64,000 nt of DNA from Candidatus Pampinifervens sinense. Lineage in GTDB: Bacteria > Aquificota > Aquificia > Aquificales > Aquificaceae. The stretch is from assembly GCA_037927135.1 (NCBI GenBank), contig JAXSPP010000004.1:32001-96000 (forward strand), written 5' to 3'. The notes beneath the pieces were generated by a model. That model saw nothing but the letters and a program-made list of their open reading frames with translations. It did not search any database and was not told where the DNA came from. Below are positions 32,398-43,169 of the stretch, one piece after another. A program made the translations under genes and the position numbers. Within the stretch, counting starts at the first letter, position 1; each line of letters starts with the position of its first letter.

Positions 32398-33120
32398 ATG
32401 GCTATAGGTCTTATAGGTAAAAAGGTAGGAATGTTAAGGGTTTTTCTTAAGGATGGCACGGCCATACCGGCAACACTGATAGAGATAAAGCCAAATTATG
32501 TGACTGCTATAAGGACAAAGGAAAAGGATGGTTATACGGCCATACAGGTAGGAGCCTTTGAGGGCAAAGAGAAGCACCTTACCAAACCCGAACTGGGCCA
32601 CCTTAGAAAATGTGGAAAGATACTGAGGAAGCTGAAGGAGTTTAGGGTAGATTCAGTAGAAGGCTTTGAGGTAGGGCAAGAGCTGAGGGTAGAGTCCGTC
32701 TTCCAGCCTGGTGATCTTGTGGATGTGGTAGGGAAGAGTAAGGGAAGAGGTTTTGCTGGTGCTATGAAGAGATGGGATTTTGGAGGATTCCCTAAGTCCC
32801 ACGGACACAGATATCACAGGGCTGTAGGTTCCATAGGAAACAGAACGGATCCAGGTAGGGTGTGGAAGGGTAAAAGGATGCCTGGACATTGGGGTAATGA
32901 GACCATAAGGGTGCAAGCTCTACTGGTTTTGGATGTATTGCCAGAGCATAATGCCCTTTTGGTAAAAGGTTCTGTTCCTGGACCCAATGGCGGCATAGTC
33001 TTTGTTGAGAAGAGCAGAATAGCTAATAGAAAATCCCAAAGGCTTAAATTGAATAGAATGAAGCATATAATAGAGAACCTTATTAAAGTGCAAGAGGTGG
33101 CTCAAAATGAAGGTGCTTGA
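32398..33120 (+). CDS. rplC: 50S ribosomal protein L3 with a C-terminal extension
   Basis: [27 protein letters not shown]. Confidence 0.97.
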   Translation: MAIGLIGKKVGMLRVFLKDGTAIPATLIEIKPNYVTAIRTKEKDGYTAIQVGAFEGKEKHLTKPELGHLRKCGKILRKLKEFRVDSVEGFEVGQELRVESVFQPGDLVDVVGKSKGRGFAGAMKRWDFGGFPKSHGHRYHRAVGSIGNRTDPGRVWKGKRMPGHWGNETIRVQALLVLDVLPEHNALLVKGSVPGPNGGIVFVEKSRIANRKSQRLKLNRMKHIIENLIKVQEVAQNEGA

Positions 33121-33706
33121 GGTAGAGCTCAAACCTGAGGTTTTTGATGTAAAGGTAAAAAGGCATGTGCTGTGGGAAGTGGTAAGGTGGCAGTTGGCCA
33201 AAAGGAGACAAGGAACCCACAGCACAAAAACGAGGGGTGAAGTAGCCTACAGCGGAAGGAAGATTTTGCCACAGAAGGGCACAGGTAATGCTAGACACGG
33301 TGATAGGGGTGCTAACATATTTGTAGGTGGTGGTGTGGCCCATGGTCCAAAGCCCAGAGATTATGAATATAACCTTCCCAAAAAAGTAAGAAGACTGGGT
33401 CTAAAGATGGCCTTGACCCTCAAGGCAAAGGAGAACAACCTTATAGTGGTGGATAACATTGAGCTGGGAGAGGTGCCAAAGACGAAGAAGGCTGTGGAAG
33501 TGCTCAAGACCTTAGGCATAGACCAGTATAAGGTTCTTATAGTCATTCCCCAAAAGGATGAGATTATATATAAATCTTTTAGGAACTTGCCCAACGTTAG
33601 CGTTTTGCCCGTAGAAGGCCTAAACGTATACTCCATACTTTGGGCCGATAAAATGGTCATAACGCAGGATGCCCTTGAAAAAGTTTACGAGAGGTTGGCA
33701 TCATGA
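33107..33706 (+). CDS. rplD: 50S ribosomal protein L4
   Basis: [31 protein letters not shown]. Confidence 0.97.
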   Translation: MKVLEVELKPEVFDVKVKRHVLWEVVRWQLAKRRQGTHSTKTRGEVAYSGRKILPQKGTGNARHGDRGANIFVGGGVAHGPKPRDYEYNLPKKVRRLGLKMALTLKAKENNLIVVDNIELGEVPKTKKAVEVLKTLGIDQYKVLIVIPQKDEIIYKSFRNLPNVSVLPVEGLNVYSILWADKMVITQDALEKVYERLAS

Positions 33707-33999
33707 GGAGGCCTGAGGAGATAATAATAAGACCTATCATAACGGAGAAGAGCACTAGGCTCATGGAAGATCATAAAAAATACACCTTTGAAGTGGCTTT
33801 GGATGCCACAAAGCATGAGATAAAGTATGCGGTGGAACAGCTCTTCGGTGTAAAGGTGCTTAAGGTGAATACGATGATAGTAAAGCCAAAAAAGAAGAGG
33901 GTTTTTGGTAAACCAGGAAGGTACGGCTATACAAGAAAGTATAAGAAGGCTATAGTTACAATAGCTCCAGATCAAGAGATAGACCTTACAGGAGTGTAA
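33703..33999 (+). CDS. rplW: 50S ribosomal protein L23
   Basis: PIITEKS, YTFEV, YKKAIV. Confidence 0.97.
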   Translation: MRRPEEIIIRPIITEKSTRLMEDHKKYTFEVALDATKHEIKYAVEQLFGVKVLKVNTMIVKPKKKRVFGKPGRYGYTRKYKKAIVTIAPDQEIDLTGV

Positions 34000-34001
34000 A
34001 C

Positions 34002-34880
34002 ATGGGTGTAAGGAAACTTAAGCCAGTTACCAACGGTCAGAGGCATGCGGTCCTTTACGACTTTTCAGAGATAACTAAGAAGGAGCCGGAAAAGTCTCTC
34101 CTTGTGCACTATCACAGGGCAAAGGGTAGATCAAGACAGCAGGGTAAAATAACCGCAAGGGGTAGAGGTGGTGGACACAAAAGGCGCTACAGGCTTATAG
34201 ACTTCAAAAGGGACAAGAGCCTTGTGCCAGCAAAGGTAGTGGCCATAGAATACGATCCAAACAGAACGGCGCGTATAGCATTGCTTCACTACGCAGACGG
34301 AGAAAAGAGGTACATACTATGGCCGGAAGGTCTAAAGGTAGGTGATACGGTCATCTCCATCTCCTATGAGGATGCGGAGGCAGGAAAGGAGCTTCCAGAG
34401 ATAAAGGTGGGCAATGCCCTTCCTCTAAAGTACATACCTGTGGGAACCATAGTCCACAATGTGGAGCTACATCCTGGCAAGGGAGGACAGATAGCAAGGG
34501 CGGCCGGCATGTCAGCCCAGGTGCTTGGTAAGGTGGGAGACTATGTGCAACTTAGGATGCCCTCTGGAGAGATAAGGCTTGTTCATCAAAGGTGTATGGC
34601 TACTATAGGTGCAGTAGGTCTTGCAGAACACGAGCTTATAAAGTATGGAAAGGCTGGAAGGCGCAGATGGCTTGGCTGGAGACCTATAACTAGAGGTACG
34701 GCTATGAACGCCGTGGACCACCCTCACGGTGGTGGTGAAGGTAGGACAAGGGGTAAGCACCCAGAGTCTCCATGGGGTTGGAAGACTAAGGGTTATAAGA
34801 CCAGAAGGGGCAAAAAGTACTCCGATAAGTTCATTCTTGTCACCAGGAAGGGTAAGCCTCTGAAGGGAGGTGTGAAGTAA
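34002..34880 (+). CDS. rplB: 50S ribosomal protein L2
   Basis: [23 protein letters not shown]. Confidence 0.98.
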   Translation: MGVRKLKPVTNGQRHAVLYDFSEITKKEPEKSLLVHYHRAKGRSRQQGKITARGRGGGHKRRYRLIDFKRDKSLVPAKVVAIEYDPNRTARIALLHYADGEKRYILWPEGLKVGDTVISISYEDAEAGKELPEIKVGNALPLKYIPVGTIVHNVELHPGKGGQIARAAGMSAQVLGKVGDYVQLRMPSGEIRLVHQRCMATIGAVGLAEHELIKYGKAGRRRWLGWRPITRGTAMNAVDHPHGGGEGRTRGKHPESPWGWKTKGYKTRRGKKYSDKFILVTRKGKPLKGGVK

Positions 34881-35335
34881 TGGGCTTTAGAGGAGCTTGG
34901 AACAAGAGAAATAAGCTAATAGAGGATTTGGATACCTTTTTGAAGCTCTATAAAAAGACTCAGAGGATATATAAGAAGGTGCGTGCCGTTCAACACATAC
35001 CAGAACTCTACCAGAAGGCCCTTGAAAAGTACCACCAAGTATGGGAAGAGTATAGGAAGATCGTCAACAAAAAGGCCTGGGTAGATCCTAAGCTTTGGGC
35101 TACCATAAGGAAGATGAACCAGACTGGAGAAAGAAAGGTGGTCAAAACCTACAGTAGAGACACCACCATTATACCAGAGTTTGTAGGCCATACGATAGCT
35201 GTACACAACGGTAAGACCTTTGTACCAGTATACATAACATCCGATATGGTGGGCCACAAGCTCGGTGAGTTTGCTCCTACCAGGACCTTTAGAGGACATC
35301 CAGATAAATCTGCAAAGGTTGCAAAGAAAAAGTGA
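34880..35335 (+). CDS. rpsS: 30S ribosomal protein S19 with a ~60-aa N-terminal extension
   Basis: C-terminal KTYSR...VHNGK...[13 protein letters not shown]; start coupled to rplB by TAATG. Confidence 0.95.
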   Translation: MGFRGAWNKRNKLIEDLDTFLKLYKKTQRIYKKVRAVQHIPELYQKALEKYHQVWEEYRKIVNKKAWVDPKLWATIRKMNQTGERKVVKTYSRDTTIIPEFVGHTIAVHNGKTFVPVYITSDMVGHKLGEFAPTRTFRGHPDKSAKVAKKK

Positions 35336-35345
35336 GGTGTAGGCC

Positions 35346-35687
35346 ATGGAGGCAAGGGCTATACTTAGGTATGCTAGGATATCTCCCACGAAGGCAAGGC
35401 AAGTGCTAAGGGTGATAAAAGGTATGAAGGCATCGGAAGCCTTCTACCAGCTCAAATTCATACCAAAGAAGGCTGCGCGTATAATAGAAGGTGTATTAAA
35501 GAGCGCTATAGCCAATGCGGAACAGAAGGGTATGGACATTGACAAGCTTTACATTAAAAAAGCGGTGGCGGACCAAGGTCCCATGTACAAAAAGTGGATG
35601 CCTAGAGCCCACGGTAGGGCTACCATGATAAGGAAGAGGACTTCCCACATAACCATAGTTCTTGAAGAAAAGCAGGAGGAAAGCTGA
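35346..35687 (+). CDS. rplV: 50S ribosomal protein L22
   Basis: [26 protein letters not shown]. Confidence 0.98.
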   Translation: MEARAILRYARISPTKARQVLRVIKGMKASEAFYQLKFIPKKAARIIEGVLKSAIANAEQKGMDIDKLYIKKAVADQGPMYKKWMPRAHGRATMIRKRTSHITIVLEEKQEES

Positions 35688-36382
35688 TGGGTCAGAAAAC
35701 ACATCCTATAGGCTTTAGGCTAGGTATTATTAAAGATTGGAATTCCAAGTGGTTTGCCAACAAGAAGGACTATACCCAGTTGCTCCATGAGGACCTGAGG
35801 ATAAAGAGCTACATAAAGCAGAGGTATGCAGCCGCTGGTATATCAAGGATAGTTGTGGAAAGGATGGCAGATAAGGTGAAGGTAAGGGTGTTTGCAGCAA
35901 GGCCAGGTATAATCATAGGTAGAAAGGGTGCAGAAGTAGAACAGCTTAAGAAGGATATAGAGTATATAACCGGTGGTAAGGATGTGGTAATTACTGTGGA
36001 GGAGGTGAGAGTTCCTGAGCTTGATGCTCAGCTTGTGGCCGAAGAAATAGCCATGCAGATAGAGAGGAGGGTTTCCCACAGAAGGGCTATGAAGAGGGCC
36101 ATAGACAATGCCATAAAGGCTGGAGCAAAAGGGATAAAGGTACAGGTAAAGGGTCGTATAGGTGGTGCGGAGCTGGCAAGGGCGGAATGGTTCTTGGTGG
36201 GTAGGATGCCACTCCAAACAATAAGGGCTGATATAGACTATGGCTTCGCTGTAGCCCAAACAAAATATGGTGTGCTTGGTGTAAAGGTTTGGATATACAA
36301 AGGTGATATACTTAAAGGTGGTAAGGAAGAAATTATTAAGAAGATAGAGGAAGATCTAAAGAAGGTGGAAAAGGAGGTGTAG
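35687..36382 (+). CDS. rpsC: 30S ribosomal protein S3
   Basis: [23 protein letters not shown]. Confidence 0.98.
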   Translation: MGQKTHPIGFRLGIIKDWNSKWFANKKDYTQLLHEDLRIKSYIKQRYAAAGISRIVVERMADKVKVRVFAARPGIIIGRKGAEVEQLKKDIEYITGGKDVVITVEEVRVPELDAQLVAEEIAMQIERRVSHRRAMKRAIDNAIKAGAKGIKVQVKGRIGGAELARAEWFLVGRMPLQTIRADIDYGFAVAQTKYGVLGVKVWIYKGDILKGGKEEIIKKIEEDLKKVEKEV

Positions 36383-36384
36383 AG

Positions 36385-36810
36385 ATGTCTTTCCTTGCTC
36401 CTAGAAAGACAAAGTTTAGGAAGAGTCAAAGAGGCACTTTGAAAGGTAAGGCCTTTAGAGGCAATAAGGTATCCTTTGGAGAGTATGGCATACAAGCCTT
36501 GGAGGCATGTTGGCTCACACAAAGGCAGATAGAGGCTGGAAGGGTGGCCCTTGTGAGGGCCTTAAGAAAGGGTGCAAAGGTTTGGGTGCAGGTATTTCCT
36601 GACAAGCCATACACGAGGAAACCTAATGAGGTGAGGATGGGTGGAGGTAAGGGTGATCCCGAAGGCTTTGTAGCGGTGGTAAAACCTGGTAAAATATTAT
36701 ACGAATTCTCCGGTGTGCCTGAGGATGTGGCAAGGGAAGCTCACAAGCTGGTAGACTCTAAGCTTCCTATAAAGACGAGGCTTGTTAAGGCGGGAGGTAT
36801 TCAGGTATGA
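36385..36810 (+). CDS. rplP: 50S ribosomal protein L16
   Basis: QIEAGR, VFPDKP, RMGGGKG. Confidence 0.98.
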   Translation: MSFLAPRKTKFRKSQRGTLKGKAFRGNKVSFGEYGIQALEACWLTQRQIEAGRVALVRALRKGAKVWVQVFPDKPYTRKPNEVRMGGGKGDPEGFVAVVKPGKILYEFSGVPEDVAREAHKLVDSKLPIKTRLVKAGGIQV

Positions 36811-37007
36811 AGGCCAGCGAGCTTAGGAAGCTTAGCCTTCAGGATCTGTTAAAGAAGGAGGAAGAGCTAAGAAGGACACTACTGAGGCTGAGGTTTAAAA
36901 AGAAGCTTGAAGGCCTTCCTAACCCTATGGAGATAAGAAAGACCAGGAGAGAGTTGGCAAGGGTATTGACTATAATAAGAGAAAAACAGTTGAGAGGTGA
37001 GGTGTGA
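36807..37007 (+). CDS. rpmC: 50S ribosomal protein L29
   Basis: MKASELR...LRF...RRELARVLT; position. Confidence 0.95.
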   Translation: MKASELRKLSLQDLLKKEEELRRTLLRLRFKKKLEGLPNPMEIRKTRRELARVLTIIREKQLRGEV

Positions 37008-37318
37008 TGGATAAGCCTTGGCATCTTAAAAGAAAGGAGTTTGTAGGAGTAGTTGTAAGCGATAAAATGGACAAAACTGTTGTGGTAAGGGTGGACAGGA
37101 AGGTGCAACATCCACTCTATAAAAAGCATATAGTGAAAAGTAAAAAATACCATGCCCATGATCCCAACAACGAGTGCAGGGTAGGAGACATAGTCGTAAT
37201 AAGGGAGACAAGACCACTTTCAAAGACAAAAAGGTGGGTAGTGGTAAAAATACTTCAGAGGGCCAAGTCTCCAGAGGAGGTGGTGGAAGTCCAAGAGCAA
37301 AAGCAGGAGCAACAGTAA
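37007..37318 (+). CDS. rpsQ: 30S ribosomal protein S17
   Basis: [31 protein letters not shown]. Confidence 0.98.
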   Translation: MDKPWHLKRKEFVGVVVSDKMDKTVVVRVDRKVQHPLYKKHIVKSKKYHAHDPNNECRVGDIVVIRETRPLSKTKRWVVVKILQRAKSPEEVVEVQEQKQEQQ

Positions 37319-37327
37319 AATATCTTT

Positions 37328-39313
37328 ATGCTCCTGTTTTTGTTCCTAATCCTCCTTTACTCCCTTTCTTACTCTATTGAAATATTTTCACAAAGCCTTG
37401 AGAGGCTTCCAGATAACATATATAAAGCGGAGGGAGAGGTAGAAGCTTACTACAGGGATTATTATATAAAGGCAGATTTTATGACTTATGATCCCAAAAA
37501 CAGGGTGGTTTACGCTAAAGGAAATGTCTATATAAGGTCCCTCGATGGAAGGCTTGAAGTGAAAGGAAGTGAGGCCCTTTTGGACCTTGAAAGGGATGTA
37601 GGTTATTTTTTAGACGCAGAGGGTAAGTTTGAAAAGTTTAGCTTTACAGCAAAGAGAGTGGACAAGGAGGGGGAAGACTACATAGTTCAAGATGGTTCTA
37701 TAAGCACATGCCCTCCAGATAAGAGGGAGATGGTTTTGTGTTTTTCAAAGGCCCACATATCACAAAGGTATGTCTTTAGCCAAAATAATACGCTAAGGCT
37801 CTTTAATGTACCCTTTGTCTATCTTCCTATAGGTGTTTTCCCAAGAGGAGAGAGAAGATCAGGCCTTTTGCCGCCTATCATAGGATCAAATACTTACAAT
37901 ACCTTTATCTATCAACAACCTATCTATTGGGCAATATCTCCAGATAAGGATGCTACCTTGACCCTTGATATAAGGGATAAGCAAGCCAAGGGCATTGACC
38001 TTGAATACCGTCAATCCATAAGAAAAGAGCTTGACCTTATTGGATCCTTTTCTCTTTACAAGGAGCCTACACCCCCAAAGGAATGGTGGCAGGGTAGAAA
38101 CCTTGGATCCTTTAGAGAAAACCGCTATAGGATAAAGTGGAATATTGATCTAGGTAATCTAAAGGCAGGTGTAGACCTCCTTTCAGATCCATACTTTATG
38201 GAAGATGTTTATCTTACCGTAAAGGAAAGAACAGTCCCTTATTTGACCTCCTTTATAAACTATACAAAGGAATGGGACAAGTTCCTCTTTACCTTTGATT
38301 TGAGAAGGTTCTATGACACCACATCACCAAGCAATAAGAATGCGCTTCAAAGGCTTCCAGAAATTGGCTTTTATATAAAGGATCAAAAGGTTTTTGATTT
38401 TTTGTATTTTAATTTAAGCACCGCTTATACAAACTTTTACAGAGAGGAAGGTTTAAGTGCCCACAGAATTCTTATACTTCCTGAATTTTCCATACCAAAA
38501 AGGCTTTTCGGTTTTAACTTTTTATCTACTCTAACCTTAGAAAATCTTTTCTATATAAATTTAAAGGGCAATCATAAGGAGGATAAGGTTATTGGTTCTT
38601 TAAAATATGTGGAAAGGGTCCCTTACTTTTTTAATTTGAACTACAAAAACTTAAAAATGAACAACCTTGTAGAGATCTCTTATTCCTACAGGCCCAGAAG
38701 CTACTCAAATCCAAGCTTTGACCATCTTGATAATATAAGAAAGGAAAGCTTGCTTTCCTACACTTTTAGAAGCTATGGCTACTATGACAAAAGGCCTTTA
38801 TACACCCTATTCTTAGAAGGTGGATTTAACTATCTTGGAAAGTTTACATACCTTGGACAGGAAGTCAAGGGAAAGGCATTACCGCTAAGATCCTTGCTAC
38901 AGCTTTACCCTATAGAAAATGTAAGCCTTTCTACGGATAGCACTTATGACTTTGCACATGGAAGATTTCTCAGAACGGTGGGCAATATTACCTTTAGCTA
39001 CAAAAGTAATAGTTTAAGCTTTGGCAGAGTTCTTGAGAGGAACTATGATGGATTAAAATTGAACGATCAGTATAGTCTTTCAGCTCAAGGTGTTCACGGA
39101 CCTCTAAAGGTATCAATGAACCTAATAAGGGACAATAGGATAAATAAGGATCTTCAAAGGCAGTTAAACCTTGATTATAGGGGTGCATGCTGGAGCCTAG
39201 GCCTTATGCTTAGGGATACTTACGATGGAACAAAACAGAGGTACATAAAGGAAGTGTTTTTAACTTTTAACCTTTTTGACCTTCAGAGGTTTACAGTGCC
39301 TCTAAAGAGGTAA
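37328..39313 (+). CDS. lptD: LPS-assembly outer membrane protein LptD
   Basis: Signal peptide, beta-jellyroll N-domain, STCP, RRSGLLPP, QRLPE, C-terminal ACWS strand. Confidence 0.88.
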   Translation: MLLFLFLILLYSLSYSIEIFSQSLERLPDNIYKAEGEVEAYYRDYYIKADFMTYDPKNRVVYAKGNVYIRSLDGRLEVKGSEALLDLERDVGYFLDAEGKFEKFSFTAKRVDKEGEDYIVQDGSISTCPPDKREMVLCFSKAHISQRYVFSQNNTLRLFNVPFVYLPIGVFPRGERRSGLLPPIIGSNTYNTFIYQQPIYWAISPDKDATLTLDIRDKQAKGIDLEYRQSIRKELDLIGSFSLYKEPTPPKEWWQGRNLGSFRENRYRIKWNIDLGNLKAGVDLLSDPYFMEDVYLTVKERTVPYLTSFINYTKEWDKFLFTFDLRRFYDTTSPSNKNALQRLPEIGFYIKDQKVFDFLYFNLSTAYTNFYREEGLSAHRILILPEFSIPKRLFGFNFLSTLTLENLFYINLKGNHKEDKVIGSLKYVERVPYFFNLNYKNLKMNNLVEISYSYRPRSYSNPSFDHLDNIRKESLLSYTFRSYGYYDKRPLYTLFLEGGFNYLGKFTYLGQEVKGKALPLRSLLQLYPIENVSLSTDSTYDFAHGRFLRTVGNITFSYKSNSLSFGRVLERNYDGLKLNDQYSLSAQGVHGPLKVSMNLIRDNRINKDLQRQLNLDYRGACWSLGLMLRDTYDGTKQRYIKEVFLTFNLFDLQRFTVPLKR

Positions 39314-39959
39314 GCATATCCTTTAGCTTTTTAGTTTGAGCCCTTATATCCTTTGCCCCAAATATGCCAGATCCTACCACAAGTATGTCCGCACCGGCCC
39401 TTGCCACTTCCACTATATTCTCCTCCTTGATTCCTCCATCCACCTCTATAAGCACATTAGGGTTAATAGACTCTACCATGGCTTTAAGCCTCCTCAGTTT
39501 TACAAGTGATCTGTCTATAAACTTTTGACCACCAAAGCCAGGGTTTACGGACATAAGCAGGACAAAGTCCACATAGTAGAGGATCTCTTCAAGGGAAGAT
39601 AGGGGTGTGGCAGGGTTTATAACTACTCCAGCTTTTGCTCCAAGGTTTTTTATAAGGTCTACCGTTCTGTGAAGGTGGGGTGTGTTTTCCACATGTACGC
39701 TTACCATATCAGCACCAGCCTTTATAAAGTCTGGTATGTATCTATCTGGGTTTTCTATCATAAGATGTGCATCCAGTGGTAGAGGGCAATGCTTTTTTAT
39801 GCTTTCCAGCAATACAGGGCCAAAAGTTATGTTGGGTACAAAGTGTCCGTCCATAACATCAAAGTGTATAATATCAGCACCACCTTCTATACACTCTTGT
39901 ATCTGTTCTCCAAGCCTCCAAAAGTCTGCGGAGAGTATGGACGGAGCCAAAAGCTTCAT
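39291..39959 (-). CDS. rpe: Ribulose-phosphate 3-epimerase
   Basis: APSILSADF, HFDVMDGHFVPN, MSVNPGFGGQ, VDGG. Confidence 0.97.
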   Translation of the reverse strand: MKLLAPSILSADFWRLGEQIQECIEGGADIIHFDVMDGHFVPNITFGPVLLESIKKHCPLPLDAHLMIENPDRYIPDFIKAGADMVSVHVENTPHLHRTVDLIKNLGAKAGVVINPATPLSSLEEILYYVDFVLLMSVNPGFGGQKFIDRSLVKLRRLKAMVESINPNVLIEVDGGIKEENIVEVARAGADILVVGSGIFGAKDIRAQTKKLKDMLTSLEAL

Positions 39960-41260
39960 TCCGCCTCCTCCTCAACCCTAATGAGCACAGGCTTTCCTAC
40001 AACAACAGGAAGATTTTGAACCTCCTCCAAAGCCTTCCTCATGTTCTTCTCATAAGCCTTGTGTGTTAGTATAACAAGCGGTATTATATGTTCTCCTTCT
40101 CTGCCTGCAAGCTTACACACCTTTTCCTTCTGCAATACACTGGCTATGCTGATATGATGATCTGCCAAAACCTTTGCTATACTTGCCAGAACACCAGGCC
40201 TGTCTGGAACATCAAACCTAAGGTAATACCTACTGTAGAAGTCTTCTGTAAGAGTATATACCTCCTTCTCCCAGCTTATACTTTGTTTACAGCTTGTGCC
40301 ATAAATTATCTTTTGGGCTATGTCTACTATATCTGAAACTACGGCGGAAGCCGTAGGATGTGATCCTGCCCCCCTGCCATAGAACATGGTCTTACCCACA
40401 AAGTCTCCCTCTACCATTATGGCGTTGAAGACATCGGAAACTTTAGCAAGCGGGTCTTCCTCTGGCAGAAAGGTAGGATGAACCCTCACCTCAAGCTCCC
40501 CTTCCCTTCTTTTGGCTATAGCCAAAAGCTTAAGTGTATATCCCAACTCCTTTCCAAGCTCCACATCCAAAAGGTCTATATGCCTTATGCCCTCCACGTA
40601 GACCTTTGAAAAAGGAAAGAAAACACCAAAGGCTATAAAGGATAGAATGGCTATCTTGTGAGCAGAATCCCAACCATCAATGTCTAGGCTTGGGTCGGCC
40701 TCCGCATACCCTTTTTCTTGGGCCTCCTTTAAAGCTACATCAAAGGGCACATCTTCCTGAAGCATTCTGGTAAGTATATAATTGGTGGTTCCGTTAAGGA
40801 TACCATAGATAACCTTTATGTTGTTGCCTACCAAGGATTCTCTTATGGCTTTTATGATTGGTATACCACCCCCTACAGATGCCTCAAAGCCTATGCATAG
40901 CCCCTTTTCCTCTGCCATCTTAAAGATCTCTTGCCCTTCTTCTGCCAAAAGGTGTTTGTTGGCTGTAACCACATGCCTTCCCCTATTTAAAGCCTCCTTT
41001 ATAAGCTCTTTAGCAAAGCCTTTACCTCCCACAAGCTCCACCACGATATGCGATTCCTCTATAACCTCTTTATAGTCTGTGGTCCTTAAAACCTCAGGCA
41101 CGTTAAAAGACCTTGGCCTCTGCCAATCCTTGTCCGCAACCTTTGATATCTGTATCTCTATACCCGTCTTCTTCTTTATAGTCTCCTGGTTCTTTAAAAG
41201 AAGCTCTACTACACCAGTTCCCACCACACCACAACCCACTATACCTACCTTTACCTTCAA
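39956..41260 (-). CDS. hom: Homoserine dehydrogenase with ACT domain
   Basis: GCGVVG, VVTANK, EASVGGGIP, NGTTN, GYAEADP; TTG start after GGAGG. Confidence 0.95.
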   Translation of the reverse strand: MKVKVGIVGCGVVGTGVVELLLKNQETIKKKTGIEIQISKVADKDWQRPRSFNVPEVLRTTDYKEVIEESHIVVELVGGKGFAKELIKEALNRGRHVVTANKHLLAEEGQEIFKMAEEKGLCIGFEASVGGGIPIIKAIRESLVGNNIKVIYGILNGTTNYILTRMLQEDVPFDVALKEAQEKGYAEADPSLDIDGWDSAHKIAILSFIAFGVFFPFSKVYVEGIRHIDLLDVELGKELGYTLKLLAIAKRREGELEVRVHPTFLPEEDPLAKVSDVFNAIMVEGDFVGKTMFYGRGAGSHPTASAVVSDIVDIAQKIIYGTSCKQSISWEKEVYTLTEDFYSRYYLRFDVPDRPGVLASIAKVLADHHISIASVLQKEKVCKLAGREGEHIIPLVILTHKAYEKNMRKALEEVQNLPVVVGKPVLIRVEEEAE

Positions 41261-42123
41261 TGCCTTCCTCCATGGTTTGTTCTGTAAGGAACGGGTATGT
41301 ATTGGACGGAAGGCACCTGTGATCCCATGGGCTGAGGGAAGAGCTCCATAAGTTCATAAACCTCCTCCGGGACGTCCGTATTCACGTTTAGTCCTAAACT
41401 TCTTAGATGCTCTACCGTTAAGGGATAGTCATGGGTATATTTGCCCGTTGCTAGCTCCTCCGCTATCCTTTCTGCCTTTTCCCTTTCCATACCGTTCTGA
41501 GTCAAAAGCCATATGAGATAAGCCTTCATTTGCTCTATGGCCTTTTTGGCCACATCGGCCAATATGAGGGTTTGATCTTCCACATCCTTTATATCCTTTT
41601 GTTCAAGCACCTTTAATATGGAAGCCGCTGGCATCTGACCTATCTGGGGGTCTACTGGACCGAGCACCGCATTTGGGTCCATAACTATCTCATCTGCGGC
41701 TAAGGCCAAAAGGGTTCCACCAGACATGGCATAGTGTGGCACTATAACCCTTACAGGACCCTTATGCCTTACCAAAGCGTTGGCTATCTGAGTGGCTGCT
41801 AGAGCCAGACCACCCGGTGTGTGCACTATAAGGTCTATAGGCATGTCCGGTGGTGTCATCCTTATGGCCCTCAATACCTGTTCCGAATCCTCTATGTTTA
41901 TGTACTTAAAGATGGGTATGCCGAAGAAACCTAAGGCCTCTTGTCTGTGTATGAGTGTTATCACCCTGCTACCCCGCTTCTCTTCTAGCTGTCTTATCAG
42001 GCTTTCCCTAGCCTTTGAGAGAAGATACCTTCTCCAAAAGGGTATGAACACAAGGAGAAAGAACAGAAGTATCCAAAGAAAGCTCAGAAAGCTATAGAAA
42101 GGATTGTAATAAACAGGTTCCAT
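41257..42123 (-). CDS. Membrane-anchored SDH-family (DUF114) Clp-fold serine protease
   Basis: HTPGG, AMSGGT (Ser), GPVDPQ (Asp), THDYP (His); N-terminal TM helix. Confidence 0.88.
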   Translation of the reverse strand: MEPVYYNPFYSFLSFLWILLFFLLVFIPFWRRYLLSKARESLIRQLEEKRGSRVITLIHRQEALGFFGIPIFKYINIEDSEQVLRAIRMTPPDMPIDLIVHTPGGLALAATQIANALVRHKGPVRVIVPHYAMSGGTLLALAADEIVMDPNAVLGPVDPQIGQMPAASILKVLEQKDIKDVEDQTLILADVAKKAIEQMKAYLIWLLTQNGMEREKAERIAEELATGKYTHDYPLTVEHLRSLGLNVNTDVPEEVYELMELFPQPMGSQVPSVQYIPVPYRTNHGGRH

Positions 42124-42167
42124 AATTTTTAGATTATAGCATAGCCCTTATTGTTTATAATTAAAGC

Positions 42168-42725
42168 ATGGTGAAAAGGATAAGCACACCGCTGACGGAT
42201 GAGGTGATAGAGGACCTAAGGGCCGGTGATAAGGTCCTGATCACAGGCTACATTTACACCGCTAGGGATGCGGCTCACAAGAGGATGGTGGAGGCTATAC
42301 AGAAGGGTGAGCCTCTACCCATTGACCTTAAAGGCCAGATCATATACTACGTTGGTCCAACACCTCCAAAGCCTGGACAGGTAATAGGTTCGGCAGGGCC
42401 CACCACATCTATAAGAATGGATAAATACGTGGAAGACTTGCTAAAACTTGGTCTTAAGGGTATGATAGGTAAGGGCTATAGGTCTCCCTATGTGAAGGAA
42501 CTCTTGAAGAAGTATAAGGCTGTATACTTTGCCGCTGTGGGTGGTGTGGCCGTACTTCTATCAAAGTGTATAAAGTCATCAGAATTGGTAGCTTACGAAG
42601 ACCTTGGGACGGAGGCAATAAGAAGGCTTTATGTAGAGGATTTTCCAGTCATAGTGGCCAACGATATATACGGTGGTGATATCTTTGAGGAAGGAAGGAA
42701 GAAGTATGCAAGGATAGATATATAA
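42168..42725 (+). CDS. Class I fumarate hydratase/tartrate dehydratase, beta (C-terminal) subunit
   Basis: TARDAAH, GPTTSIRM, MIGKG, DLGTEA; the alpha subunit is not in this window. Confidence 0.9.
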   Translation: MVKRISTPLTDEVIEDLRAGDKVLITGYIYTARDAAHKRMVEAIQKGEPLPIDLKGQIIYYVGPTPPKPGQVIGSAGPTTSIRMDKYVEDLLKLGLKGMIGKGYRSPYVKELLKKYKAVYFAAVGGVAVLLSKCIKSSELVAYEDLGTEAIRRLYVEDFPVIVANDIYGGDIFEEGRKKYARIDI

Positions 42726-43156
42726 TGTGGCAGGAGCTTATTGCCACTGGTTTCTACATAGGAAGGCTGAAGTATGCACCTGGCACCTTTGGCACCCTTT
42801 TAGGTATACCCCTTGTTTATCTTTTTGCCTACAAGTGGTGGTTAACCCTTTTAATAGGATTACTTCTTTATGCAATAGCCTTTTGGTCCACTCAATACAT
42901 GCTGGAGCTCACAAGAGAAGAAGATCCGGAGGAGGTGGTAATAGACGAAATAGTGGGCTACTTTTTTTCCTTCATCTTTTTAGAACCAACTTTGAAGGCG
43001 TTGATAGTAGGCTTTTTGATCTTTAGAGCCCTTGACATAATAAAGCCCTTCCCTGTAAGCCTTTTTGAAAGGCTCCCCGGTGCACACGGAGTGTTGGCGG
43101 ATGATGTGGCAGCAGGCTTGATGAACGCTGTCATACTTTACTTCCTACTGGGCTAG
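42725..43156 (+). CDS. pgpA: Phosphatidylglycerophosphatase A
   Basis: APGTFGT, VVIDE, FRALDIIKPFP, DDVAAG. Confidence 0.93.
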   Translation: MWQELIATGFYIGRLKYAPGTFGTLLGIPLVYLFAYKWWLTLLIGLLLYAIAFWSTQYMLELTREEDPEEVVIDEIVGYFFSFIFLEPTLKALIVGFLIFRALDIIKPFPVSLFERLPGAHGVLADDVAAGLMNAVILYFLLG

Positions 43157-43169
43157 TATATTTTCTATC

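Noticed and set aside
36966-36976. TTGACTATAAT inside rpmC
   Set aside because: The -35-like and -10-like hexamers have no spacer; explained by the codons for LTII.
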